Shown here: in pieces, positions 28,632-37,462 of the stretch | Layout of the letters: each line of letters opens with the position of its first letter | Position numbering within the stretch: the first letter of the stretch is position 1 | Assembly: GCA_963674755.2 (NCBI GenBank) | Contig: CAXXVS010000001.1 | Location: 512,001-576,000 of the forward strand | Length of the DNA stretch: 64,000 bases | DNA from: Desulfobacterales bacterium | GTDB taxonomy: Bacteria; Desulfobacterota; Desulfobacteria; Desulfobacterales; UBA5852 | Direction of reading: 5' to 3' | The notes under the pieces: generated by a model | What the model was told of the DNA's origin: nothing | Seen by the model: only the letters and a program-made list of their open reading frames with translations | Database searches by the model: none | Translations under genes and position numbers: made by a program

Positions 28632-29597
28632 CTATTTCAGAGGCATGTCGAATTTCAGATGGATTGCGAAATCGCCAAAATAAAGAGGGGTTACGGCCAC
28701 CGTCGCCCCGGTGCGTTCCAGGGTTTGCCGTTTGCCGCCCACCTCCAGGGTGGCCCTGATTTTCAGGTGGCGTCCCAGAAGCATGCGGGCGGCCTTGTCG
28801 GTGGCTTTGATGTAGAACGACAGTCCTGTATTGGATAGGTCGGCCATGTCGCCGCGGAAGGGTTTGCCCAGCAACGCCTTAGCCGTGTCCATCATCTGGG
28901 CCACGATGAGACCCTCGACTTTGATACGGCGGCTCTGGCGTCGCTCGAGTCCTTTGGCGGTGACGAGTTTGCCCACATCCTTCGCCTGGCAGAATTCTCG
29001 TAGTTTGGTTTCCAGGGCGGGCAGGGATTCTTTCCATTCGCCCAAATGCGTATTGTCGATCACCTGAAGCTCCGCATGAGACTGAACCGCCAGGGATGTG
29101 GTGCAGGTGGTGGTGGCGAAAAAAGTGTCCTGGCCGGCGACATCACCCGGTTCCAGGGTGGTGATGAGGCTGTCTTGGCCTTCGCGGGAAAAGTAGAGTT
29201 TCAGTTGGCCCTGCTGAATGAAAAAAAGGCGGGTATTGATATCGCCCTGCCGGTAGAGCACTTCCCCGGCATCCAGCGCCAGCGGCTGTTGGGCGAAATA
29301 GAGGGCGTTGGTCTCCTCTTCGGAGAGCCGGTCGTAAAGCGCCCTGAACCGCTCAATGTGATTCGGGTCGATGGCCCCGCTTTTCTCCGCTTCGATGATT
29401 TCGGCCGCTTTGATGATTTCGGTAAGGGCCATCTCGTCCACGGCCATCAGGCGTTCGCGCATGGCTTCGGCTTTGGGGAAATTCTTGGCCCGGGCATGCT
29501 GTGCGACCAGGTCATAGAAGCATTTGACGGCGGCCTGGGTGTCGCCGTCGCGGGCATATTGCTCGGCCTGTTCTTCCAGTCGGGCGATATCGTCCAT
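28632..29597 (-). CDS. Cyclic nucleotide-binding domain + PilZ domain protein
   Basis: cNMP region (GEVLYRQGD...LFFIQQGQL...LEPGDVAGQ) followed by PilZ motifs RRQSRR and DLSNTG. Confidence 0.8.
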   Translation of the reverse strand: MDDIARLEEQAEQYARDGDTQAAVKCFYDLVAQHARAKNFPKAEAMRERLMAVDEMALTEIIKAAEIIEAEKSGAIDPNHIERFRALYDRLSEEETNALYFAQQPLALDAGEVLYRQGDINTRLFFIQQGQLKLYFSREGQDSLITTLEPGDVAGQDTFFATTTCTTSLAVQSHAELQVIDNTHLGEWKESLPALETKLREFCQAKDVGKLVTAKGLERRQSRRIKVEGLIVAQMMDTAKALLGKPFRGDMADLSNTGLSFYIKATDKAARMLLGRHLKIRATLEVGGKRQTLERTGATVAVTPLYFGDFAIHLKFDMPLK

Positions 29598-29895
29598 GCT
29601 ACGCGTCTCCAACGCCGGAGCGGTTGGGAAGCCGAGCGGTGCGCCGGGGTAGAGCTAGTCTAGGTCGCATTGGATTCCGGCGTTGATTCCGATGGACCGG
29701 ACCACCGGCCGCCCGCTCTGCCAGCCTGTTTTGTCGCTGATCTTACAACAAATTCACTATAGACGATAAAATCCGGTTGATCAACCGGCTGTGCCGCAGG
29801 AGGCGTTGTCCGCCCAACTTTGCCCTTGCAAAAACCAGGCATTGCCACTATGAAACAGACTTTTAAGAATTACTCAAAACTAAAGTGGACAAGCC

Positions 29896-30933
29896 ATGAA
29901 CTCATCGGTCATTCGTGCTCGGCAAAATCTTTCCGTCGATATCGAGGCCTTGACCCGCCTGATTCTCGACCAGCAGCGTGCGAGCGGTGAAATTCCCTGG
30001 TGCGACGGGCAGAAAACCGATCCCTGGGATCATGTGGAATCCGCGATCGGATTGACCATCGGCGGCCATTACGAAGCCGCCCGGCGGGCCTACGAGTGGA
30101 TGCGCCGGACCCAGCTGGATGACGGCAGCTGGTATGCCGCCTATCGTGACGGCCGGCCGGAGGACCGCACCCGGGACGCCAATCTTTCCACCTATATCGC
30201 GGTGGGGATCTATCATTATCTTCTCGTCACCGGTGACCGGGCGTTTGCGGAAGCCCTCTGGCCGACGGTGCGTGACGCCATTGAATTCGCCCTGAAGCTG
30301 CAAACCCCGGAAGGCCCGATCCACTGGGCCATCAGCCCCGAGGGCCGGGTGGACGCCATGGCCTTGCGGACCGGGTCGAGTTCGGTGTTCATGAGCCTCA
30401 AATGCGCGCTCAAACTGGCCGAGCTCCTGGGCCGCCCACGGCCCCGCTGGGTTGACGCCCTCGGTCGCCTCCAGGACGCGTTGTGCCGCAAGCCCCATCT
30501 TTTCAACATGACCAAATCGCGTTTTTCCATGGACTGGTTCTACCCGGTTCTCTGCGGTGCCCTGCAGGGTGACGATGCCCGCCGGCGCATCGACAAATAC
30601 TGGAAGAAGTTCGTCGTGGAAGGCCAGGGGGTGCGCTGTGTCTACGATGAGCCCTGGATTACCGTCGCCGAAACCTGCGAACTCGTCCTGTCTTTGGCGG
30701 CCATGGGCAACGAGGCGCTGGCCCGGATCGTCTTCGGCTGGATCAGCACCAAGCGCTTCGAAGACGATACCTACTGGTGCGGCTTTACCTTTCCGGATAT
30801 GGTGATCTGGCCGGAAGACAAGATTAGCTGGACCAATGCCGTCGTCCTCATGGCGCTGGATGCCCTCTATCACCTGACCCCCGCCAGCCAGTTGTTCCAT
30901 CACGCCAGCTGGGATGACCGCGCTCCGGTCTGA
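29896..30933 (+). CDS. (alpha/alpha)-barrel protein, prenyltransferase/squalene-cyclase-repeat-like; function unknown
   Basis: QW-like repeats (QQRASGEIPW, QLDDGSW, QTPEGPIHW); DPWDHVE, MDWFYP and WITVAETCE motifs. Confidence 0.65.
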   Translation: MNSSVIRARQNLSVDIEALTRLILDQQRASGEIPWCDGQKTDPWDHVESAIGLTIGGHYEAARRAYEWMRRTQLDDGSWYAAYRDGRPEDRTRDANLSTYIAVGIYHYLLVTGDRAFAEALWPTVRDAIEFALKLQTPEGPIHWAISPEGRVDAMALRTGSSSVFMSLKCALKLAELLGRPRPRWVDALGRLQDALCRKPHLFNMTKSRFSMDWFYPVLCGALQGDDARRRIDKYWKKFVVEGQGVRCVYDEPWITVAETCELVLSLAAMGNEALARIVFGWISTKRFEDDTYWCGFTFPDMVIWPEDKISWTNAVVLMALDALYHLTPASQLFHHASWDDRAPV

Positions 30934-31012
30934 CCGGAGCGCAGCATCCCGGGGCCATTCCCAGACGCTCAAGGGGCGATGTGCGGCGGTCCCTTGCGCG
31001 GGAGGATCCGGA

Positions 31013-31732
31013 TTGCGACGCGACCACCGTCCCTATAGCGTCAAGAAATTATTCCTGAACTGGCAGCGCTTTTATGTACGGCGTTTCCTGCGGCCCCAAT
31101 TCGATGCCCTGGGCCGCGGCCACCATTTCATGCGCCCCTGGTATGTGGAGCTGTTCGGGGCGCCCATCGCGTTGGGGCGCTATGCCACCGTGATTGCCTG
31201 CGCGGATGCCCGGGTGCGCCTCTGTGTCTGGCCCCGGCAGGACGGCGAAGGCCTGATCCGGATCGGAGATTACAGCCTGATCTGCCCGGGCGTGCGCATC
31301 AGTTCCGCCTGTCGCATCACGGTGGGGCACAGCGTCATGCTGGCCAACCGGGTCTACCTGACCGATTCGGACTGGCATGATGTCTATGACCGTACGGCCG
31401 CCGGGCAGGGCGCGCCCATCGCGATCGGCGACAACGTCTGGATCGGGGACAGCGCCATCGTCTGCAAGGGGGTTGCCATCGGTGACAACAGTATTGTCGG
31501 GGCCGGAGCGGTGGTGGTGGATGACGTGCCGCCCAATGTGGTCGCGGCCGGCAATCCAGCCCGGGTGGTCAAGATGCTCGATCCGCAGCGTCCGCTCAAG
31601 GCCCGCCGCGATTGGTTTGCCGATCCGGCCCGTTTGTCACGGGATTTCCGGATCTGGGACCGCGCCCTGCTGGAAGGCAATACCCTGGCCCACTGGCTGC
31701 GCTATCTGGTGCGGCCCAGCCAGCAGGATTAG
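31013..31732 (+). CDS. Hexapeptide-repeat (left-handed beta-helix) acyltransferase
   Basis: IGDNVWIG...KGVAIGDNSIVGAGAVV...AGNPARVV motif; TTG start after GGAGGA gives MRRDHRPY. Confidence 0.85.
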   Translation: MRRDHRPYSVKKLFLNWQRFYVRRFLRPQFDALGRGHHFMRPWYVELFGAPIALGRYATVIACADARVRLCVWPRQDGEGLIRIGDYSLICPGVRISSACRITVGHSVMLANRVYLTDSDWHDVYDRTAAGQGAPIAIGDNVWIGDSAIVCKGVAIGDNSIVGAGAVVVDDVPPNVVAAGNPARVVKMLDPQRPLKARRDWFADPARLSRDFRIWDRALLEGNTLAHWLRYLVRPSQQD

Positions 31733-31830
31733 ATCGTTTCCATCCAGAGATGGGCAGATAGCATCGGTCTGCAGCACTTCGTCCTTTTCCCCCCATCAGA
31801 CCATCCGCTATTCGATCCATCTCAGGCGCG

Positions 31831-32982
31831 CTAAAGTGCGCTGCGGGCAACACGCTGCCGCCGCCGATGCCACCCGAACAATGCCCCGCCCCCCAACGCC
31901 AGCAGGCTGCTGGCCAGAAACAGGTTGCGGGCGCCCCAGGCATCGAACAGGACCCCATTGACCATGAAACCCACCATCAACCCCAGTCCATAGGTAACGG
32001 CATTGTTGGCCGCCTGGCCGAAGGTCTTGGCCGGTCCCGGAGTGAGGCGGTCCATATAAAGGATGCTGGCCATATGAAAGGTGCCGTAGGAAAAGGCGTG
32101 CAGGACCTGGGAGGCCAAAATCAGCAGGGGCGTTTGAAAGATCGCCAGCAGCAGCCAGCGCAGAGCGGCCAGAAAGAAGGAGGCCTGCAGGACCGCCTCC
32201 AGACTGGCCCACTGGAAGAGGCGCCGGGAGTTGAGCATGACCAGGATTTCGGCCAGTACCGCCACGGCCCAGGCCACACCGATGAAAGTCGGCGAACGTC
32301 CGAGATTTTCCAGATGAATGGAGAAAAAGCCGTAGTAGGTGCCGTGGCTGACCAACATCAGGAAGCCGCAGCCGAGAAAAACAAGTACGTTGGGCCAATC
32401 GATACGGACACGGCCTGGCCCGGTATGGGGTTTTAGTGCGGCGGGGCCGGCCGGCAGGGCGGTTGCCAGGAGCGTTTGCAGCAGGGAACCGGCCAAAATC
32501 ATGGGAACGATCACCCCGATGCCGTAGCGGTCGATCAGGGGGCCTAAAACCGTGACGATGAGAATGAAGCTGAGCGACCCCCAGACACGGATACGCCCGT
32601 AGGCCTTTTTATCTTCTCCCAGAAGGTCCATGGCGTAAGCTTCCAGGAAAGCGATCAGGGGCGCATAGAAGATGCCGTTTCCAATGGTAATGAGCAGCAT
32701 GGGCCCAAAGGCGGTTGTCGTCAGGTAGCCGGCCCAGGCCGCACAGGCCGCGGCATTGCAGAGCAGATAGATGAATTTGCGTTTGCGGAAGCGGTCCGCC
32801 AGAGCGCCCCATACGAACGGGAACAGGACCAGGGTTGCCGAGCGAAGGCCCGCCAGATAACCGATCTGGGCTCCGCTGAATCCCAAATGATAGCAGTAGA
32901 GGTTGAAATAGGGCAGATACAGTCCTAGGATACCGAAGTAGACGAAATACTGGGCCCTCAGGATGATCCTGGACGAAGGCAT
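31831..32982 (-). CDS. MFS transporter (MFS_1-like / HcaT-type)
   Basis: About 12 hydrophobic segments; WGALADRFRKRK and YGRIRVWGSLSF motifs. Confidence 0.88.
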   Translation of the reverse strand: MPSSRIILRAQYFVYFGILGLYLPYFNLYCYHLGFSGAQIGYLAGLRSATLVLFPFVWGALADRFRKRKFIYLLCNAAACAAWAGYLTTTAFGPMLLITIGNGIFYAPLIAFLEAYAMDLLGEDKKAYGRIRVWGSLSFILIVTVLGPLIDRYGIGVIVPMILAGSLLQTLLATALPAGPAALKPHTGPGRVRIDWPNVLVFLGCGFLMLVSHGTYYGFFSIHLENLGRSPTFIGVAWAVAVLAEILVMLNSRRLFQWASLEAVLQASFFLAALRWLLLAIFQTPLLILASQVLHAFSYGTFHMASILYMDRLTPGPAKTFGQAANNAVTYGLGLMVGFMVNGVLFDAWGARNLFLASSLLALGGGALFGWHRRRQRVARSAL

Positions 32983-33125
32983 GGCGATGTCCGCTCTGAC
33001 CCGTAGCGACGGTGACGGCGGCGGGGATGCCGCTTTACAAAAAAAAACCGAAATGGTACCTTGCCGACACTGCTAGGCTGACTGATTTATAATAATATAA
33101 TTGTCTTAGCAACCGGGAGCCGGCT

Positions 33126-33572
33126 ATGGAATACATCAAAATTCGATTCGGCAAAGATTGGGGTAAACTGGAGTCGGGTTTCGAACGCACCCTCGACACC
33201 ATCTTCCGCTCCGTCAATCCGATGTTTGCCGACTGCGACCAACCCTGGACCCCCCAGATGGATGTCTACGAAACCCACGAGGAATTCTTTATCACGGCTG
33301 AAATTGCCGGTGTGGACAAGGAGGATCTGGGCGTCGAAATCAACAATAAGGCCGTCAAGATCAGCGGACGGCGCGTACCCCAGCCGCGTGCGGCGGACGC
33401 CTCCTTTCGGCTGGCGGAAATTCAATACGGGGATTTCGAACGGGTGCTGTACATGCCGACCGCCATCGATCCCGAGGTCGTTTCCGCAACGTATAATAAC
33501 GGATTTCTCCAGCTTCGCCTGGCCAAAGCATTGTCCCCAAAAGCCCGTAGGATTCCCATCGCCGAAGACTAA
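33126..33572 (+). CDS. Hsp20/alpha-crystallin family small heat-shock protein
   Basis: PQMDVYET, AEIAGVDKEDL, EIQYGDFER and ATYNNGFLQL motifs. Confidence 0.92.
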   Translation: MEYIKIRFGKDWGKLESGFERTLDTIFRSVNPMFADCDQPWTPQMDVYETHEEFFITAEIAGVDKEDLGVEINNKAVKISGRRVPQPRAADASFRLAEIQYGDFERVLYMPTAIDPEVVSATYNNGFLQLRLAKALSPKARRIPIAED

Positions 33573-33637
33573 CCATCCTTTTGATATTGACGGGACACGT
33601 CACTGTGCAATCGATTGACCGCCCTGGGAGGTAAAAA

Positions 33638-36040
33638 ATGACACAACACCGGTCGCCGGAGGATCTTACTGCCGAGAAGCTTCCTGAGCGTCTGCCCATT
33701 CTACCCCTGCATGAGACCGCCCTCTATCCCAAAATGGTCCTGCCCCTGGTGGTCATGCAGGCGGATTCCATCAAACTGGTGGACGAAGCCATGCAGAAGG
33801 ACCGCATCATCGGCATGCTGGTAGCCAAGGCCGATGCGCCGGCCGCAGGCGACCAGGCAGCCCAGGAGACGACTGCCGAAACCGCGGCGGAAGAATCCGC
33901 CTTCGACCCCCGGGAACATCTTTCCAGCATCGGCACCAGTGCCATGATCATGAAAATGGCCAAGACCCAGGACAATCAGACCCAGATGCTGGTCCAGGGC
34001 ATCAGCCGTTTCAGGATCAAGGATTTCGTACAGGAAAAGCCCTATCTCATTGCAACGGTGGAGCATCTCAAGGAGGAGAAGGCCGAAGGCAAGGAAATCG
34101 AAGCGCTGATGACCAACCTGGTCAATACCTTCGGTCGGGTCGTCGAGCTTTCCCCGGGCATGCCGGCAGAGATTGCGACCATGGCCAAGTCCATCCAGGA
34201 ACCGGGCACCTTGGCCAATATGGTGGCCTCCACCCTGAACGTGGATGCCCAGAGCAAACAGGCCGTCCTGGAGCTCGACGATGTCAAAAAACGCCTGCGG
34301 GCCGTCATGCGGATGGTGAACGAGCAGTTGGAGATCCTGGAACTGGGCAACAAGATCCAGTCCCAGGTCAAGGGCGACATGGAGAAAAGCCAGCGGGAGT
34401 ACTATCTGCGGCAGCAGCTCAAGGCCATCAAAGAAGAACTGGGCGAGACCGACGACAGCAATGTGGAACTGGAAGAATTCCGTACCAAGATCATGGAGGG
34501 CGACCTGCCGGAGGAGGCCCGCAAGGAGGCCGAGCGGGAGCTCGACCGCCTGGCCAAGATGCATCCCTCTTCGGCGGAATACACGGTGGCCACCACCTAT
34601 CTGGATTGGGTAACCTCCCTGCCCTGGCATCAGAGCACCGAAGACAATCTGGACATCAAGGCCGCCCGGGCGATTCTGGACGAAGACCATTTCGGGCTGG
34701 AAAAGGCCAAGCGGCGCATCGTCGAACACCTGGCGGTGCGCAAACTCAACCCCGACACCAAGGGCCCGATCCTGTGTTTCGTGGGGCCGCCCGGTACGGG
34801 CAAGACGTCCCTGGGGCGTTCGGTGGCGCGCGCCATGGGGCGCAAGTTCTGGCGGATCTCCCTGGGCGGGGTGCGCGACGAAGCCGAAATCCGGGGCCAT
34901 CGGCGTACCTATGTGGGGGCCATGCCCGGGCGCATCATCCAGGCCATCCGCCGTTGCGAGTCCAACAATCCCGTGTTCATGCTGGATGAAATCGACAAGC
35001 TGGGCAACGACTTCCGGGGTGATCCCTCCTCGGCCCTGCTGGAAGTCCTGGATCCCGAGCAGAACTTCAGTTTTTCCGATCATTATCTGGATGTGCCTTT
35101 CGATCTGTCGCATGTTATGTTTATTACGACGGCCAACGTCCTCGATACCATTCCTGCGCCGCTGCTCGACCGCATGGAAGTGCTGGAAATGGTGGGCTAT
35201 ACCCTCGAGGAAAAAGTCAAGATTGCCAACCGCTACCTGATTCCACGCCAGCGGGAGGCCCACGGCCTCAAGGCGCGCCAGATCAAGATCTCCACCGGCG
35301 CCGTGAAACGGATTATCGCGGGTTATACCCGGGAAGCCGGTCTGCGCAACCTGGAACGGGAGATCGCCTCCATCTGCCGCGGCGTGGCCGCCAAGGTGGC
35401 CCAGGGCGATGCGGAGGCCGTCTCCGTCGGGATGGACGAGGTCGCCGAATATCTGGGGCCGATCAAGATCACTTCGGAAGCCAAAGCGCGCACGGCCACC
35501 CCGGGCGTTGCCATAGGACTGGCCTGGACGCCCACCGGCGGCGAAGTTTTGTTCATCGAAGCCACCGCCATGAAGGGGCAAAAGGGGTTGACCCTTACCG
35601 GGCAGCTGGGGGACGTGATGAAGGAATCGGCCACCGCGGCCTTAAGCTTTATCCGCTCCCACGCCAAGGAGCTCAAGATCGACGAGGATTTCTTCAGCAG
35701 CCACGACATCCATATTCATGTGCCGGCCGGGGCGATCCCCAAAGACGGACCCTCAGCGGGGGTTACCATGCTGACGGCCCTGGTATCCCTGATGACGAAC
35801 CGGCGGATCAAAAAGGACCTGGCCATGACCGGTGAAATCACCTTGCGGGGCCAGGTGCTTCCTGTGGGCGGGATCAAAGAGAAGGTTCTGGGGGCCCACC
35901 GGGTGGGCATCAAGATTTTGATTCTGCCGGCGGCCAATGAAAAGGACTTGATCGACGTGCCGGAAAAGGTACGCATGGCCATAGAGTTTCACTTCGTCTC
36001 CAAGATGAAGGATGTGCTCCGTATTGCCCTCGGCACCTGA
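33638..36040 (+). CDS. lon: Lon protease (endopeptidase La)
   Basis: LON N-domain, GPPGTGKTS, GHRRTYVGAMPG, LDEIDK and catalytic PKDGPSAG...GGIKEK. Confidence 0.97.
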   Translation: MTQHRSPEDLTAEKLPERLPILPLHETALYPKMVLPLVVMQADSIKLVDEAMQKDRIIGMLVAKADAPAAGDQAAQETTAETAAEESAFDPREHLSSIGTSAMIMKMAKTQDNQTQMLVQGISRFRIKDFVQEKPYLIATVEHLKEEKAEGKEIEALMTNLVNTFGRVVELSPGMPAEIATMAKSIQEPGTLANMVASTLNVDAQSKQAVLELDDVKKRLRAVMRMVNEQLEILELGNKIQSQVKGDMEKSQREYYLRQQLKAIKEELGETDDSNVELEEFRTKIMEGDLPEEARKEAERELDRLAKMHPSSAEYTVATTYLDWVTSLPWHQSTEDNLDIKAARAILDEDHFGLEKAKRRIVEHLAVRKLNPDTKGPILCFVGPPGTGKTSLGRSVARAMGRKFWRISLGGVRDEAEIRGHRRTYVGAMPGRIIQAIRRCESNNPVFMLDEIDKLGNDFRGDPSSALLEVLDPEQNFSFSDHYLDVPFDLSHVMFITTANVLDTIPAPLLDRMEVLEMVGYTLEEKVKIANRYLIPRQREAHGLKARQIKISTGAVKRIIAGYTREAGLRNLEREIASICRGVAAKVAQGDAEAVSVGMDEVAEYLGPIKITSEAKARTATPGVAIGLAWTPTGGEVLFIEATAMKGQKGLTLTGQLGDVMKESATAALSFIRSHAKELKIDEDFFSSHDIHIHVPAGAIPKDGPSAGVTMLTALVSLMTNRRIKKDLAMTGEITLRGQVLPVGGIKEKVLGAHRVGIKILILPAANEKDLIDVPEKVRMAIEFHFVSKMKDVLRIALGT

Positions 36041-36058
36041 GGGAGGCACCCTCGTTTT

Positions 36059-36892
36059 ATGTCCAGGTTATCAATGAAAAGCATGCCGCGACGTTCAAGC
36101 AGGCCCACGCGGCGGCGCCCCCATCGCCTGGCGTGGCGGTCCGTCGGCCGATGGGCCGTGGTTCTGGGGGGATTGTGCCTGCTGGTGCATGGCTGCCAGT
36201 CGGTTTCGACATCAAGGCCGTCCCCCAGCACGCCCAGCGCCCCGCCAGGCTACCCCAAACCTTACCGGGTGGACGGGCAATGGTATCAGCCCCTCCCGGA
36301 TGCCGCCGGCTTCCGCCAGCAGGGAACGGCCTCCTGGTACGGCCGCCAATTTCATGGCCGCCGGACCTCAAATGGCGAAGTATACAACATGTACGGCGTT
36401 TCGGCCGCCCACAAAACCCTGCCCTTCGGCACCGTGGTGCGGGTGCACAATCTGCGCAACAACCAGCAGCTGGATGTGCGCATCAACGACCGCGGTCCCT
36501 TCGTGAAAAATCGCATTATCGACCTGTCCTACGGGGCCGCCCAAAAACTGGGCGTGGTGGGCCCCGGAACGGCGCCGGTGGAAATCGTGGTCCTGGCGGC
36601 TCCGGCCCGCAGCGTGCAAGAACCTGACGGACAGGAGCACCTGGTACCGGTGGACCTTACCCACGGCAATTTTACGTTCCAGGTGGGTGCTTTCCAGGAC
36701 CGCAACAATGCCGAACGCCTGGCCGCCAAACTGTCCCGCACCTACCACCATGTCCACGTGGCCTCCTTCGATCGGGGAGACGGCCTCTTCCACCGCGTGC
36801 GGGTAGGCCGGGCCACCACCCTGCAAGAAGCCGATGACTACGAGCAGGCCCTCATCCGCCAGGGCTTCGACGTCTTCATCGTGGCGGAGTGA
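36059..36892 (+). CDS. rlpA: Septal ring lytic transglycosylase RlpA with SPOR domain
   Basis: Lipobox-like LLVHGC; ASWYG, AAHKTLPFGT and RINDRGPF...IIDLS motifs; C-terminal FQVGAF SPOR; start uncertain. Confidence 0.9.
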   Translation: MSRLSMKSMPRRSSRPTRRRPHRLAWRSVGRWAVVLGGLCLLVHGCQSVSTSRPSPSTPSAPPGYPKPYRVDGQWYQPLPDAAGFRQQGTASWYGRQFHGRRTSNGEVYNMYGVSAAHKTLPFGTVVRVHNLRNNQQLDVRINDRGPFVKNRIIDLSYGAAQKLGVVGPGTAPVEIVVLAAPARSVQEPDGQEHLVPVDLTHGNFTFQVGAFQDRNNAERLAAKLSRTYHHVHVASFDRGDGLFHRVRVGRATTLQEADDYEQALIRQGFDVFIVAE

Positions 36893-36893
36893 C

Positions 36894-37457
36894 ATGGCCC
36901 CCGGTGCCATCGGAAAAACGGTTTTTCTGGATCGGGACGGCGTCGTCAACCGCGATTCGGCGGATTATATCACCTCCTGGGCTCAATTCGATTTTCTGCC
37001 GGGCAGCCTGGCGGCCATCGCCCGCCTCACCCGGGCCGGCCAGAGCGTCATCGTGATCACCAATCAGTCGGCCGTGGGACGCGGCATGCTGGACCTGCCC
37101 ACCCTGGAGGCCATGCACCGGAACCTGCGGGCGGCCGTCGCGGCACACGGCGGGCGGATCGCGGAGATTTTTTACTGCCCCCATCACCCCGAGGACGGCT
37201 GCCACTGCCGCAAACCCGAACCCGGCCTCATTTTCCAAGCCCAGCGCCAATTCGGGCTGGACTTGGGCTTGGCGACCATGATCGGCGACCGTGCCAAGGA
37301 TATCCAGTGCGGCCTCAACGCCGGCTGCGGCCGGACGATCCTGGTCCAATCGGGCCTGCACGACGACAGCCCGCAGCTGCAGAGGTCGGGTCTGGCGCCC
37401 AATCACGTCGCGGCCGACCTGGCAGCCGCCGTCGACTGGCTGCTGGCCCGGCCGTGA
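36894..37457 (+). CDS. gmhB: D-glycero-D-manno-heptose 1,7-bisphosphate phosphatase
   Basis: FLDRDGVVN, ITNQS, YCPHHPEDGCHCRKP and MIGD motifs. Confidence 0.88.
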   Translation: MAPGAIGKTVFLDRDGVVNRDSADYITSWAQFDFLPGSLAAIARLTRAGQSVIVITNQSAVGRGMLDLPTLEAMHRNLRAAVAAHGGRIAEIFYCPHHPEDGCHCRKPEPGLIFQAQRQFGLDLGLATMIGDRAKDIQCGLNAGCGRTILVQSGLHDDSPQLQRSGLAPNHVAADLAAAVDWLLARP

Positions 37458-37462
37458 CGCGT

